From: Ruminococcus sp. | Lineage (GTDB): Bacteria > Bacillota > Clostridia > Oscillospirales > Ruminococcaceae | DNA: 64,000 nucleotides | Direction: 5' to 3' | Assembly (NCBI GenBank): GCA_024697545.1 | Contig: JAILFN010000034.1 | Coordinates: forward strand, 14,831-78,830 | Notes under the pieces: generated by a model | Told to the model about the DNA's origin: nothing | Seen by the model: the letters and a program-made list of their open reading frames with translations, nothing else | The model's database searches: none | Shown here: positions 29,377 through 39,206 of the stretch, piece after piece | Layout: every line of letters begins with the position of its first letter | Position numbering within the stretch: the stretch's first letter is position 1 | Position numbers and translations under genes: made by a program

Positions 29377-30210
29377 TTACTTACCGTTTCTGCGCTTTAC
29401 GATATACTTATCGGAGCGATGATGCTTAGCACGGGTCTTGTAACCCAGAGTAGGCTTGCCCCAGGGGGTAACAGGACCGGGACGTCCGATGGGGGACTTA
29501 CCCTCACCACCACCGTGGGGGTGATCGCAGGGGTTCATTACAGAACCGCGAACGGTAGGTCTCCAGCCCATGTGGCGCTTTCTTCCTGCCTTACCGATAT
29601 TCACGTTAGCGTGATCGATGTTGCCTACCTGACCGATGGTCGCCATGCAGTCGATGGGAAGCTTTCTCATCTCACCGGAAGGAAGTCTTACCAGTGCGTA
29701 CTTTTCTTCCTTACCCATCAGCTGAGCCATGTTGCCTGCCGAGCGAACGAGCTGTGCGCCCTTGCCGGGATAAAGCTCAAGGTTGTGGATGAAAGTACCA
29801 ACAGGGATAACTGCAAGTCTCAGTGCGTTGCCTGCCTTGATATCAGCGGAATCGCCGCTTCTTACAGTCTCGCCTACCTGAAGTCCTTCGGGAGCGATGA
29901 TATATCTCTTCTCGCCGTCCTCGTATTCAACGAGTGCGATGAAGGAAGATCTGTTAGGATCGTACTCTATGGTGAGCACCTTTGCGTCCATATCGAGCTT
30001 ATTTCTCTTAAAGTCGATAACGCGGTATTTTCTTCTAACGCCGCCGCCTCTGTGACGAACGGTGATCCTGCCGTAGCTGTTTCTGCCGCTGTGCTTATCC
30101 ATCGGCTCGAGCAGTGCCTTGCAGGGAGCTACCTTGCTAAGTCCCGAGTAGTCGGTAACGGTCATGCCGCGGCGACCGGGAGTAGTAGGCTTATAGCTCT
30201 TTATTGCCAT
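29377..30210 (-). CDS. rplB: 50S ribosomal protein L2
   Basis: [26 protein letters not shown]. Confidence 0.97.
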   Translation of the reverse strand: MAIKSYKPTTPGRRGMTVTDYSGLSKVAPCKALLEPMDKHSGRNSYGRITVRHRGGGVRRKYRVIDFKRNKLDMDAKVLTIEYDPNRSSFIALVEYEDGEKRYIIAPEGLQVGETVRSGDSADIKAGNALRLAVIPVGTFIHNLELYPGKGAQLVRSAGNMAQLMGKEEKYALVRLPSGEMRKLPIDCMATIGQVGNIDHANVNIGKAGRKRHMGWRPTVRGSVMNPCDHPHGGGEGKSPIGRPGPVTPWGKPTLGYKTRAKHHRSDKYIVKRRNGK

Positions 30211-30311
30211 TTTAATTCAACTCCTTATTATTCGGAGGAGCGTATCCTCCGCTTATCAGGCGGATCATTTTTAGACTTATCACATCGTCTTGCCGCCTAT
30301 ATTTCAAGCTA

Positions 30312-30605
30312 TCAGAACAGGCCGTCGAAGAATTCGATGGTCTTGTCACCCTCAACGGTAACGATAGCCTTCTTCCAATCGGGGCGGAAACCTGCGTATC
30401 TGCCCATTCTCTTTTCCTTGCCCTTAACGCTTATGGTGTTTACCTTAGATACCTTTACGTCGAAGAGGGTCTCAACAGCCTTAGCGATCTCAACCTTAGT
30501 TGCGATCTTTGCTACCTTGAAGGTGTACTTGCCATCTGCAAGACGCTCGATCGAATCCTCGGTGATGATGGGCTTTAAGATGATATCAGAAGCGATCTTT
30601 TCCAT
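30312..30605 (-). CDS. rplW: 50S ribosomal protein L23
   Basis: PIITE, ATKVEIAKAVE, WKKAIVT. Confidence 0.96.
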   Translation of the reverse strand: MEKIASDIILKPIITEDSIERLADGKYTFKVAKIATKVEIAKAVETLFDVKVSKVNTISVKGKEKRMGRYAGFRPDWKKAIVTVEGDKTIEFFDGLF

Positions 30606-31228
30606 TATGCATATACCTCCTCGATCTTAGCGACAGCGTCCTTCACAACGATGAACTTGTCGTGGTTAAGGATGTCATAAACATTCAGAGTGTTTACGGT
30701 CGCGGTCTTTACTCCGGGGATGTTTGCCGCGCTCTTTACCAGTACGTTATCAACGTTCTCGGTAACGATAAGAGCCTTCTTTTCGGAGCCGAGTGCCTTG
30801 AGCATCTCAACCACGGTCTTGGTCTTATAGCCGTCGAGAGCGATCTTGTCAACAACGATCATATCGTTATCGAGTACCTTGGAAGAGAACGCCGACTTCA
30901 TCGCAAGTCTCTTTTCCTTCTTGTTTATCGAATAGCTGTAATCGCGGGGCTTGGGGCCGAGTGCTATACCGCCGTGTACCCACTGAGGAGATCTGATGGA
31001 GCCCTGTCTTGCGTGACCGGTGCCCTTCTGTCTCCAGGGCTTTCTTCCGCCGCCTGATACCTCAGTTCTGGTAAGAGTGGACTGTGTGCCCTGTCTCTGA
31101 TTTGCGAGGTAGTTTACAACCATTGCGTGCATTATAGCCTTGTTAGGCTCGATACCGAACACCTTATCATTAAGCTCAAGGTCGGATACTTTGCTGCCCT
31201 TCATATCAACTACATTGATCTGTGACAT
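30605..31228 (-). CDS. rplD: 50S ribosomal protein L4
   Basis: RQGT, GGGRKPWRQKGTGHARQGS. Confidence 0.97.
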   Translation of the reverse strand: MSQINVVDMKGSKVSDLELNDKVFGIEPNKAIMHAMVVNYLANQRQGTQSTLTRTEVSGGGRKPWRQKGTGHARQGSIRSPQWVHGGIALGPKPRDYSYSINKKEKRLAMKSAFSSKVLDNDMIVVDKIALDGYKTKTVVEMLKALGSEKKALIVTENVDNVLVKSAANIPGVKTATVNTLNVYDILNHDKFIVVKDAVAKIEEVYA

Positions 31229-31246
31229 TTTTATTTCCTCCTTCCA

Positions 31247-31882
31247 TTAAGCCTTCTTAACGCAATCAACGATGGTAACGGTACCGTTCTTGGGACCGGG
31301 GATAGCGCCCTTGATCGCGATAAGATTGTTCTCAGCGTCAACCTTTACGACTTCGAGATTCTGCACGGTTACCTTTTCGTTACCGAGCTGACCGGGCATG
31401 CACTTGCCCTTGTAGATCCTCGAAGGGGAAGAGCAAGCACCCATAGAGCCTGCGTGTCTGTGTACAGGACCTGTACCGTGGGTCTCCTTCAGTCTTGCGT
31501 TGTTGTGACGCTTGATGGTTCCAGCATAGCCTTTACCCTTGGAAGTACCGCTTACATCAACGATGTCGCCCACCTCAAAGGTGTCAGCCTTTACTATGTC
31601 TTTAACGTTAAGTCCAGAGCAGTCGTCGAATCTGAACTCCTTAAGAGTTCTCTTGAGTGCAACGTCAGCCTTCTTGAAGTGACCTGCAAGGGGCTTGTTC
31701 ACTCTCTTTGCTCTGATGTCGCCGAAGCCGAGCTGTACTGCCTCGTAGCCGTCGTTCTCGATGGTCTTCTTCTGAACGACTACGCAGGGACCTGCTTCAA
31801 CAACAGTAACGGGAATAACCTTTCCCGACTCATCGAAGATCTGTGTCATGCCGATCTTCTTACCGATGATACCTTTCTGCAT
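31247..31882 (-). CDS. rplC: 50S ribosomal protein L3
   Basis: [23 protein letters not shown]. Confidence 0.97.
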   Translation of the reverse strand: MQKGIIGKKIGMTQIFDESGKVIPVTVVEAGPCVVVQKKTIENDGYEAVQLGFGDIRAKRVNKPLAGHFKKADVALKRTLKEFRFDDCSGLNVKDIVKADTFEVGDIVDVSGTSKGKGYAGTIKRHNNARLKETHGTGPVHRHAGSMGACSSPSRIYKGKCMPGQLGNEKVTVQNLEVVKVDAENNLIAIKGAIPGPKNGTVTIVDCVKKA

Positions 31883-31983
31883 TTTCTTTTCCTCCTAGTT
31901 GGTTATTGGTCAAGGACTTGCCGTCCCTGACATGACCTGCGGTGCATACGTTTCGAGATCGCACGCGATCTCGTTGGGAGAAC

Positions 31984-32298
31984 TTACTTGATCTCCATTA
32001 CGATGCTTACTCCGGCAGGAAGTTCAAGATTTTCAAGGTCCGAAGTTGTTTCCTTGGTGGGTCTGATCACGTCGATAAGTCTCTTGTGAGTTCTCATTTC
32101 AAACTGCTCACGGCTGTCCTTATACTTGTGAACGGCGCGGAGGATAGTAACTATCTCCTTGTCGGTAGGCAGCGGGATAGGTCCCGATACCTTTGCGCCC
32201 GAGCGCTTTACCACGTCTACTACCTTTGCAGCAGCAGCGTCTACAGTTGCGTGCTCATAGCCCTTGATCTTGATTCTGATCCTTTCATTGACTGCCAC
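31984..32298 (-). CDS. rpsJ: 30S ribosomal protein S10
   Basis: [22 protein letters not shown]; GTG start at 32298 behind AAGGAGG. Confidence 0.96.
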   Translation of the reverse strand: MAVNERIRIKIKGYEHATVDAAAAKVVDVVKRSGAKVSGPIPLPTDKEIVTILRAVHKYKDSREQFEMRTHKRLIDVIRPTKETTSDLENLELPAGVSIVMEIK

Positions 32299-32499
32299 TA
32301 AAATCGCCTCCTTGATGCGTAGTGTTTTTTCGGGGGTGACTACTGTAACCACTCTCCCGTGTGTTTCCTGCCCGTTTCATAAAAAATGCCGAAAGCCTTT
32401 TACCGCTTCCGACCATAAGACGCACAGCCTGCCCGTACAAAAGGCGATGATCGCCCCTCGCAAGAAGTACAAGCCAACACACAGTGCTTCGTTATTACA

Positions 32500-32575
32500 G
32501 TCGCCCGGTTTAAAATCGGACATACTCGGCGGAAATTACCTGACGCACCGTCAGCAACCTCCCGCTTCATCGCAT
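32500..32575 (-). ncRNA. S10 ribosomal leader RNA (Firmicutes/Clostridia type)
   Basis: Minus strand reads GCGATGAAGCGGGAGGTTGC...GAGTATGTCCG...CCGGGCGAC, resembling (from memory) the conserved rpsJ leader; lies between promoter and rpsJ. Confidence 0.65.
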
Positions 32576-32631
32576 ATCATTGTACGGAACTGCTTTTAGT
32601 AATTCCGTACCGTTGCAGTCACGCAATACAT

Positions 32632-32660
32632 ATTATATATCATAAACCGCCGTTTTGCAA
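32632..32660 (-). promoter_or_regulatory. sigma-A promoter of S10-spc-alpha cluster
   Basis: TTGCAA-17 bp-TATAAT. Confidence 0.75.
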
Positions 32661-32885
32661 GTGGTTTTACAGAAATTTAACAAAATCAAAGCTGTTTATG
32701 CAAGAGAAATTTTGCCAACAATCGCTGCTCATTTTGTGCATTGTCACGAATCAGTTTTGCTGTCCGACAGCTTTACGATGCGGCGCTTTTTGTCTTTACT
32801 TATCACGATATTCCAGAGCAGAGCACTCAGGGCTGTCACAGACTTGCTCATAAGCAGTTTCTCATCGGAATAGCCTGCACCTCCG

Positions 32886-33566
32886 TCAGAACAGCTTTAT
32901 CCTGTTTTTGTCGGGATCTTTTATAAAGCCGCAAAGGCAGATGTACGCTATCATAGCGCCCTGAACGACGGCGCTCGTCACAGAAGGTATCGTGCGTTCG
33001 TAATCGTCGTTTATCTCCCACATAGGGCAGTCGCCGCTGCTGTCAAGCTCCAACCTGTCTACATCCTCGTGGAACACATACAGGCAATTCCTCTTGTTCA
33101 CGAAAAATATCCTCTTGTCAGTCAGCAGCAGGAACTCCTTATTCTTCATTATCAGACCTCTGTCATAGTAGAGGATTATCTTCTCATCCGATTTCATTTC
33201 GGAAGACACACGGCTCATGACCTTGTCGATCATGACCTCGTTTATACCCGGTGCCGCAAGATCCTTTCCGCGGATATACTTTCTCATGTAGCCGGCGATC
33301 TCATCGGGGGTCTGAAATTCGCTGAGGCAGTATGATATCGTGCGAAGGCACTCGTCCGTCCTCTCGTGCTTTGGCGAGGATAGCTCGTCCTTTATCTTCT
33401 GTTCGACTATGAACATCTCGGGATCGAAGACGGGCTTTTTCTTCTTAGGTCTCGCTTCCGCTTCGGGTGTCTCAAAGACTGCATCGCAATAGGGACAGGT
33501 CATCTTCAGCCCCGATCTCGAATATTCAAGCTGTCCTCCGCATACAGGGCATTTGGTCTGGTTCAT
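32886..33566 (-). CDS. hypothetical protein with N-terminal zinc ribbon
   Basis: CPVCGG...CPYC; C-terminal FLLLTDKRIFF is PH-fold-like; start ATG 33566 behind AAGGAG. Confidence 0.65.
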   Translation of the reverse strand: MNQTKCPVCGGQLEYSRSGLKMTCPYCDAVFETPEAEARPKKKKPVFDPEMFIVEQKIKDELSSPKHERTDECLRTISYCLSEFQTPDEIAGYMRKYIRGKDLAAPGINEVMIDKVMSRVSSEMKSDEKIILYYDRGLIMKNKEFLLLTDKRIFFVNKRNCLYVFHEDVDRLELDSSGDCPMWEINDDYERTIPSVTSAVVQGAMIAYICLCGFIKDPDKNRIKLF

Positions 33567-33811
33567 AGCTATCGGCTCCTTTTTGGTAATATACTTCATT
33601 ATAGCATATCTTTCCGAAATAATCAATAGACAAACGCAAACCGCCCGTAATATCACAACTTTTTCCTTTTTGTATAACAGAAGACATTAATTTACAAAAT
33701 AACCATTGATTCACGGCTGTATATATGGTATCATTAAATAAGTTTAACCTTTTTATTACCGGCAGCAGGGTGCTGCTATATATACTATATAATAAGGTAT
33801 AAAGGGAATGA

Positions 33812-35347
33812 TTGATTATGGATATGATGAATTATGATGTTGTTATAGTCGGCGCGGGCGCTTCGGGGCTTTATGCCGCTTATAACCTTGACCGCTCTAT
33901 AAACGTTCTGGTCATAGCCAAGCGTGAGCTAACACTGTGCAACTCCGCGCTGGCACAGGGCGGTATAGCGGGAGTTTACGAGTCCCCCGAGGATTCTCCC
34001 GAAAAGCACAAACACGATACCTTTGTGGCGGGCGGCTATGAAAACGACCCCGACGCTACCGACGTGCTCGTAAATGAAGCCTGCATTGACATCGGCAAGC
34101 TCATTGAGCTTGGTGCCGAGTTCGACAAGCAGGAAAACGGCGACTACCACCGCACCCTTGAGGGCGGCCACGGTATGCACCGCATATTCCACCACGCCGA
34201 CGCTACGGGATATGAGATCGAGACTACCCTGATCCGCACCGTGCAGGAGCTGCCTAACGTTACGATATGGGAAAACTCCATCGTCAGCGATACCGTTAAG
34301 ACCGACACGGGATTCTCCCTGCTGGTGCTGCGCAGCGGCGATGACGGCGATCATTCAAATTACGTTACCGTAAACTGCCACTATGCAGTTTTTGCGACGG
34401 GCGGCATCGGCAGAGTTTACGCCTACACCACAAACTCCGCGATAGCTACAGGCGACGGCATTGCCATGGCTTACAGAATGGGTGCCGAGATCAAAAACCT
34501 CTGCTATATACAGTTCCACCCGACGGCGTTCAACAACCGCCGCACCCGCGAGTGCTTCCTCGTTTCCGAGGCTGTCCGCGGCGAGGGCGCGTATCTTCGC
34601 AACTGCAAGGGCGAGCGCTTTATGCATATGTACGACAAGCGCCTTGAACTTGCCCCCCGCGATGTTGTTTCACATTCGATAATCTTTGAATCAAAGCGCA
34701 CAGGCTCGGACGAGTTCTTCCTTGACATCACCCATAAAGATCCCGAGTTCGTAAAGAAGCGCTTCCCCATGATATACAAGAACCTGCTCGGTCAGGGAAT
34801 AGACATGACAAAGGACTATATCCCGATATTCCCCTGCCAGCACTACCTCATGGGCGGTATAAAGGTAGATACCTACTCCCGCACCACGATAGACGGGCTC
34901 TATGCGGTCGGCGAGTGCAGCTGCACGGGCGTTCACGGCAACAACAGGCTTGCCTCAAACTCCCTGCTCGAAGCTCATGTATTCTCCCGCCGTGCGGCAC
35001 ATGACATCAACGAGCGCATAAAAAGCACCCCGAAGGTGTTCGAGAATTACACTTTCGATACCCACAAGGGCGCACCGAATATGCCCGAGGGCAGCCGCAG
35101 GCGCATACGTCAGATAATGCAGAACGATTACTTCGTCATCCCCAACGTTCAGGGGCTGAAAGACGGGCTCGATGAGGTCAAGGCGATAATGGACAGGCTC
35201 AACAACGAGCGCTACGCTATCACTACCGATTATATCCTCGCCAGAAGCCTTGCGACCTGTGCTTATATAATCCTCAAAGAAGCCTCCGAGATCTGCGAGG
35301 GCAAAGAGGAGATACCCAACAGCCCCAAGTTTGAAAAGCCGGACTAA
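33812..35347 (+). CDS. nadB: L-aspartate oxidase
   Basis: GAGASG FAD motif, NSALAQGGIA, LEGGH, QFHPT, SEAVRGEG, LAPRDVV, GVHGNNRLASNSLLE. Confidence 0.93.
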   Translation: MIMDMMNYDVVIVGAGASGLYAAYNLDRSINVLVIAKRELTLCNSALAQGGIAGVYESPEDSPEKHKHDTFVAGGYENDPDATDVLVNEACIDIGKLIELGAEFDKQENGDYHRTLEGGHGMHRIFHHADATGYEIETTLIRTVQELPNVTIWENSIVSDTVKTDTGFSLLVLRSGDDGDHSNYVTVNCHYAVFATGGIGRVYAYTTNSAIATGDGIAMAYRMGAEIKNLCYIQFHPTAFNNRRTRECFLVSEAVRGEGAYLRNCKGERFMHMYDKRLELAPRDVVSHSIIFESKRTGSDEFFLDITHKDPEFVKKRFPMIYKNLLGQGIDMTKDYIPIFPCQHYLMGGIKVDTYSRTTIDGLYAVGECSCTGVHGNNRLASNSLLEAHVFSRRAAHDINERIKSTPKVFENYTFDTHKGAPNMPEGSRRRIRQIMQNDYFVIPNVQGLKDGLDEVKAIMDRLNNERYAITTDYILARSLATCAYIILKEASEICEGKEEIPNSPKFEKPD

Positions 35348-35441
35348 AGCACCGTCAGGGCTACCCCGCCTTTACCGACATAGTGATAAAATACGAAAAG
35401 GCCCCGGCACCGAAGGGGATTTACGACGAGGAGACACAAAT

Positions 35442-35921
35442 ATGAAGACCGTTAAGAACATCATCAAATGGGTTATGATTCTCGCGGCGATCTTCTCGGT
35501 CGCGGTCATTGCGATAATGCTGGTGTTCAACCGGTCAAAAGGCATCGCCCATAAGCAATACCCGCAAAACCGACCGAGATACTCCACCGGCGTTACCGAG
35601 GACGGAATGCTGCGTCTTGTTTATTACGCCAACGGCAGCGCCTATGATTTCGATTGTCAGCTTAGTGCGGAAGGAGTACTGAACGAGCATTCCCACCGCA
35701 GCATAAGCGACGGCGAAAACGACTGTTATTTGGTATATAATTACGAAGCCGTCTCAGCGGGGCAGGCAGATATATTCACAAAGGCAACAAACGGCGGAAA
35801 TGACTTCACCTACCAGCTTTACCACGTCACCGTAGACAGCGACTTGAAGATAAGCTACACCGTTGAGGACATTTCGGAAGAACGGTTTGAGGAATTGACA
35901 GACAAGGAGCAACCAACATGA
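35442..35921 (+). CDS. hypothetical membrane-anchored protein (Ig-like/I42-inhibitor-like)
   Basis: RBS GAGGAG, N-terminal TM helix, beta-rich domain; stop overlaps nadC start (ATGA). Confidence 0.6.
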   Translation: MKTVKNIIKWVMILAAIFSVAVIAIMLVFNRSKGIAHKQYPQNRPRYSTGVTEDGMLRLVYYANGSAYDFDCQLSAEGVLNEHSHRSISDGENDCYLVYNYEAVSAGQADIFTKATNGGNDFTYQLYHVTVDSDLKISYTVEDISEERFEELTDKEQPT

Positions 35922-36760
35922 GACTAATGCAATTTCAGATAGACGACATGATAAAGTCGGCACTTTTGGAAGACATCAATTACATCGACGTTACCACCGA
36001 CTACCTTGTTGACGAAGATAAGATCGACACGGCGCAGTATGTGGCAAAAGCCGAGGGCGTGCTCTGCGGTATTGATATCGCGCTGAGGGTGTTCACTCTG
36101 CTTGACCCCTCCGCCTCCTTCGAGGTGCTGATACACGACGGCGAGCAGGTGAAGAAGGGCGATATCATCGCGCGTATGACCGCGCACACACGCGCACTGC
36201 TCAAAGGCGAACGCACGGCGCTGAACATACTCCAGCATATGTCGGGCATCGCGACCGCGACCAACAAGTGCGTAAAGCTTATCGAGGGCACGAACGCGAC
36301 AGTTGCCGACACCAGAAAGACTCTGCCGGGTCTGCGCGTATTTCAGAAGTACGCCGTGACGGTAGGCGGCGGACGCAACCACCGCTACAACCTTTCCGAC
36401 TGCGCGATGCTGAAGGACACCCACCTTGACGCTTACGGCTCGATCACGGGAGCTGTCAACGCCCTGCGCGAGAAGATGGGTCACACCGTAAAGATAGAAG
36501 TCGAGGTCGGCGACCTTGATTCGCTGCGTGAAGCGCTGGAAGTCGGCTGCGAGATCATAATGCTCGACAATATGTCCTGCGAAGAGATGGCAGAAGCCGT
36601 AAAGATCACCGCAGGCAGGGCGAAGCTTGAAGCCTCGGGCAACGTCACCGAGCAGACTATAGCAAACATTGCAAAGACGGGTGTTGACATAATATCACTC
36701 GGCGCACTGACGCATTCGGTGCAGGCGTTCGACATCTCGATGAAAATGCTAAAGAAGTAA
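35918..36760 (+). CDS. nadC: nicotinate-nucleotide diphosphorylase (carboxylating)
   Basis: ERTALN, SGIAT, DTRKTLPG, NHRYNL, IMLDN, EASG. Confidence 0.95.
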   Translation: MRLMQFQIDDMIKSALLEDINYIDVTTDYLVDEDKIDTAQYVAKAEGVLCGIDIALRVFTLLDPSASFEVLIHDGEQVKKGDIIARMTAHTRALLKGERTALNILQHMSGIATATNKCVKLIEGTNATVADTRKTLPGLRVFQKYAVTVGGGRNHRYNLSDCAMLKDTHLDAYGSITGAVNALREKMGHTVKIEVEVGDLDSLREALEVGCEIIMLDNMSCEEMAEAVKITAGRAKLEASGNVTEQTIANIAKTGVDIISLGALTHSVQAFDISMKMLKK

Positions 36761-36765
36761 ACGGC

Positions 36766-36793
36766 AAAGCCGCACGGAAAGTGCGGCTTTTTT
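36766..36793 (+). terminator. intrinsic terminator after nadC
   Basis: AAAGCCGCAC-loop-GTGCGGCTTT followed by further Ts. Confidence 0.75.
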
Positions 36794-36799
36794 GCGTCC

Positions 36800-37495
36800 C
36801 TATCTCCCGTTCTCCATAGCCGACCTCAGCTTTTCCATCGCCTTCTTCTCAATGCGCGAGACGTATGAGCGGGATATCCCGAGCCTCTGCGCCGCCTCAC
36901 GCTGGGTGACTGCTTTACGTCCGCCCAGACCGTAGCGCATAACGATTATCTCACGCTCACGGTCGTCGAGCAGGGTGTTGACCAGCCCGCAAAGCCGCCG
37001 CAGGTCGCTGTTCAGGCTGCATTTGTCGGCAACGGGCATATCATCGTCGGCGATAATGTCCATGAGGGTCAGAGCGTTGCCGTTCTTGTCAACGTCAACA
37101 GGCTCATCGAAATGCACCTCTGCCGAAAGCTTTTTGGTCGAGCGGAAGTGCATGAGTATCTCGTTTTCCACACACCTTGCCCCGTAGGTCGCAAAGCGCA
37201 CGCCCTTTGTGTGGTCGAACGAGCCCACCGCCTTTATCAGCCCGATAGAGCCGATGGAGATAAGATCATCGACATCCGAAGCGGACACGGAATATTTTTT
37301 GACGATGTGTGCTACCAGCCGAAGATTGTGGCTTATGAGCTTATCCCGCGCAGCCTTGTCGCCCGCCGCCATGCGCTCAAAGCAATCGCGCTCCTCCTTA
37401 GCCGAAAGCGGCTTGGGGAAATGTCCCTCCCCCTCAAAATGCAGCGCGAACAGAACTCCGCAGCGGCTGAGCAGGCTCAGTAATAGTCCGATCAT
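36800..37495 (-). CDS. sigK: sporulation sigma factor SigK (pro-form, uninterrupted)
   Basis: Hydrophobic pro-peptide, FPKPLS, HNLRLVAHIVKKY, DDLISIGSIGLIKA, TQRE..GISRSYVSRIEKKA. Confidence 0.85.
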   Translation of the reverse strand: MIGLLLSLLSRCGVLFALHFEGEGHFPKPLSAKEERDCFERMAAGDKAARDKLISHNLRLVAHIVKKYSVSASDVDDLISIGSIGLIKAVGSFDHTKGVRFATYGARCVENEILMHFRSTKKLSAEVHFDEPVDVDKNGNALTLMDIIADDDMPVADKCSLNSDLRRLCGLVNTLLDDREREIIVMRYGLGGRKAVTQREAAQRLGISRSYVSRIEKKAMEKLRSAMENGR

Positions 37496-37544
37496 TATAA
37501 ATATACCCCTCCCCGCCCCTGTGTTTACGCATCGGGGCTGTATT

Positions 37545-37574
37545 ATCATATGCGGGCAGGGTGTCGGGATATGC
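37545..37574 (-). promoter_or_regulatory. putative SigE-type promoter of sigK
   Basis: Minus strand GCATAT-N16-CATATGAT resembles the SigE consensus. Confidence 0.45.
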
Positions 37575-37992
37575 GGGGATCGGCAGGATATCTCACCCCC
37601 TCGTCCGCCTTCCGATAAGTCATTTTATTTAACATTTTTTGCGCTTGTGTCCCTCAAAAGTATAAATATATTATCCTATTGCTACAATGTTAACTTCCTA
37701 CTGAAACCATATGATCTCATATGCCGAAGCAAAGGCAAAACGCCGATATAGCACGGTTTTACAGCATAAACCACACCTTTTGAACGGCGCATGATACGCT
37801 GCTGTACGGGGCGGGAGGCGGCGCCGGATGAGGCTTTGAGAGCGCGGGAAGGGTACCATGAAATAATTCACGGTATATTCATCTTTGCGTTGCTATATAT
37901 AAATAAATTAATGCTATAATTTTGGTATAAGATGTAAGCGTGATGAATGGGGAGATCTTCCCCGCAAGACCAACAGGAGGTAACACTGATCC

Positions 37993-38952
37993 ATGAAGAA
38001 AAGAATCATATCCGCAACGCTGACGGCAGCCCTTGTACTCGGAATGACGGCAGCGCCGGCGACTGTATCAGCGGCAAGTACAAATGCCTCACCCGATCTC
38101 GCCGCACACACGTTAAGTTACCGTTTTTCCACCGATTACACATATGACGTGGTATCGGGCTGCGTCACCATAATCCGTTACACAGGCAAGGGCGGCGCTG
38201 TTAAAGTGCCCTCTGCCATTGAGGGAATGCGCGTTACAAAGATAAACCGTGAAGCATTCTCGTCTCTCTCGACCGTCTCAAGCGTGACCATACCCGACAC
38301 CGTAGAAGAAATAGGTTACAGCGCTTTTTATGAATGTACCGCCCTTAGAAGCATTACCCTGCCGAACAGCCTGAAAGACCTCGGTGCGTATGCGTTCGAC
38401 AACTGCAAGAACCTTACGAGCATAACTATCCCCGATAGCATCACAAGGATCAGAAGCGATACATTTTCCGAATGCACGGGTCTGACCTCAATAACTATAC
38501 CTTCAAGCGTCACGACCATCGACAGCGGCGCGTTCTATGGCTGCGGCAGCCTTTCAAGGATAAACTATCTGGGGACAAAGGAGCAGTGGAACAAGATAAA
38601 GATAGACTATACGGATAACAGCCCGCTGAGGTACGCCTCTTTGCAGTATTCCACTCAGACATCGACACCCGACCCCGTTTATCCCAAGGTAAGCGTTGAA
38701 TACAACGAGAAATACCATCAGTTCAGACTGACCTGGACAAAGGTGCCGAACGCGCAGTATTACGGCGTGGCGGCATATGTTTCGGGAAAGTGGAGGATCC
38801 AGAAGCAGGATATCCCCGCTTCACAGACCGTCTATACTTCACCTAAACTCAAGGAAGGCAAGACCTACCTCATGCTCGTTTGCGCCAAGATAGACGGCAA
38901 ATGGGATCTTTCGGAATTCAACAGAAGGGCGGTCAGCGTCACTGTCAAGTGA
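37993..38952 (+). CDS. secreted BspA-type leucine-rich-repeat protein with C-terminal CBM37-like module
   Basis: Signal peptide; repeats xIPxSxxxIxxxAFxxCxxLxSIT; C-terminus YNEKYHQFRLTW...GKWRIQ...GKWD...VTVK is typical of R. albus CBM37. Confidence 0.8.
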   Translation: MKKRIISATLTAALVLGMTAAPATVSAASTNASPDLAAHTLSYRFSTDYTYDVVSGCVTIIRYTGKGGAVKVPSAIEGMRVTKINREAFSSLSTVSSVTIPDTVEEIGYSAFYECTALRSITLPNSLKDLGAYAFDNCKNLTSITIPDSITRIRSDTFSECTGLTSITIPSSVTTIDSGAFYGCGSLSRINYLGTKEQWNKIKIDYTDNSPLRYASLQYSTQTSTPDPVYPKVSVEYNEKYHQFRLTWTKVPNAQYYGVAAYVSGKWRIQKQDIPASQTVYTSPKLKEGKTYLMLVCAKIDGKWDLSEFNRRAVSVTVK

Positions 38953-39101
38953 TAAGCCCTGAACCTCTGTTGCAGACCCTATGTTGCTTTAACATCTGAT
39001 ATGTAAGCCTGTATATAAGCCAAAGCCCCGAGAGCTCTCAGCCCGCGGGGCTTTGAACTTTACATCGGGTGTTGATACCTCAAAAAAATACCTTCAAGTA
39101 A

Positions 39102-39130
39102 TTGACATTACCGCGCTGCTCTGCTATAAT
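39102..39130 (+). promoter_or_regulatory. sigma-A promoter
   Basis: Perfect TTGACA-17 bp-TATAAT with extended -10 TG. Confidence 0.8.
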
Positions 39131-39206
39131 AGAATGTGGACTTTGTTTAGTAACGATCCGCGCAGAGACTGTGCGGCATCACTCTGTTAAAAAAAGGAGA
39201 ACGAAA

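Noticed and set aside
30211-30311. Short hairpins in the rplW-rplB spacer (similar ones at rpsK-rpsD and rpsJ-rplC)
   Set aside because: Short stems that I cannot assign to any leader family or distinguish from ordinary spacer structure
33570-33811. NiaR operator or riboswitch ahead of nadB
   Set aside because: Only promoter-like AT-rich sequence; no convincing palindrome or aptamer
37725-37800. AAAGGCAAAAC... as a c-di-GMP-I riboswitch
   Set aside because: GNRA-capped P2 and GACGCAAA/P3 elements not found
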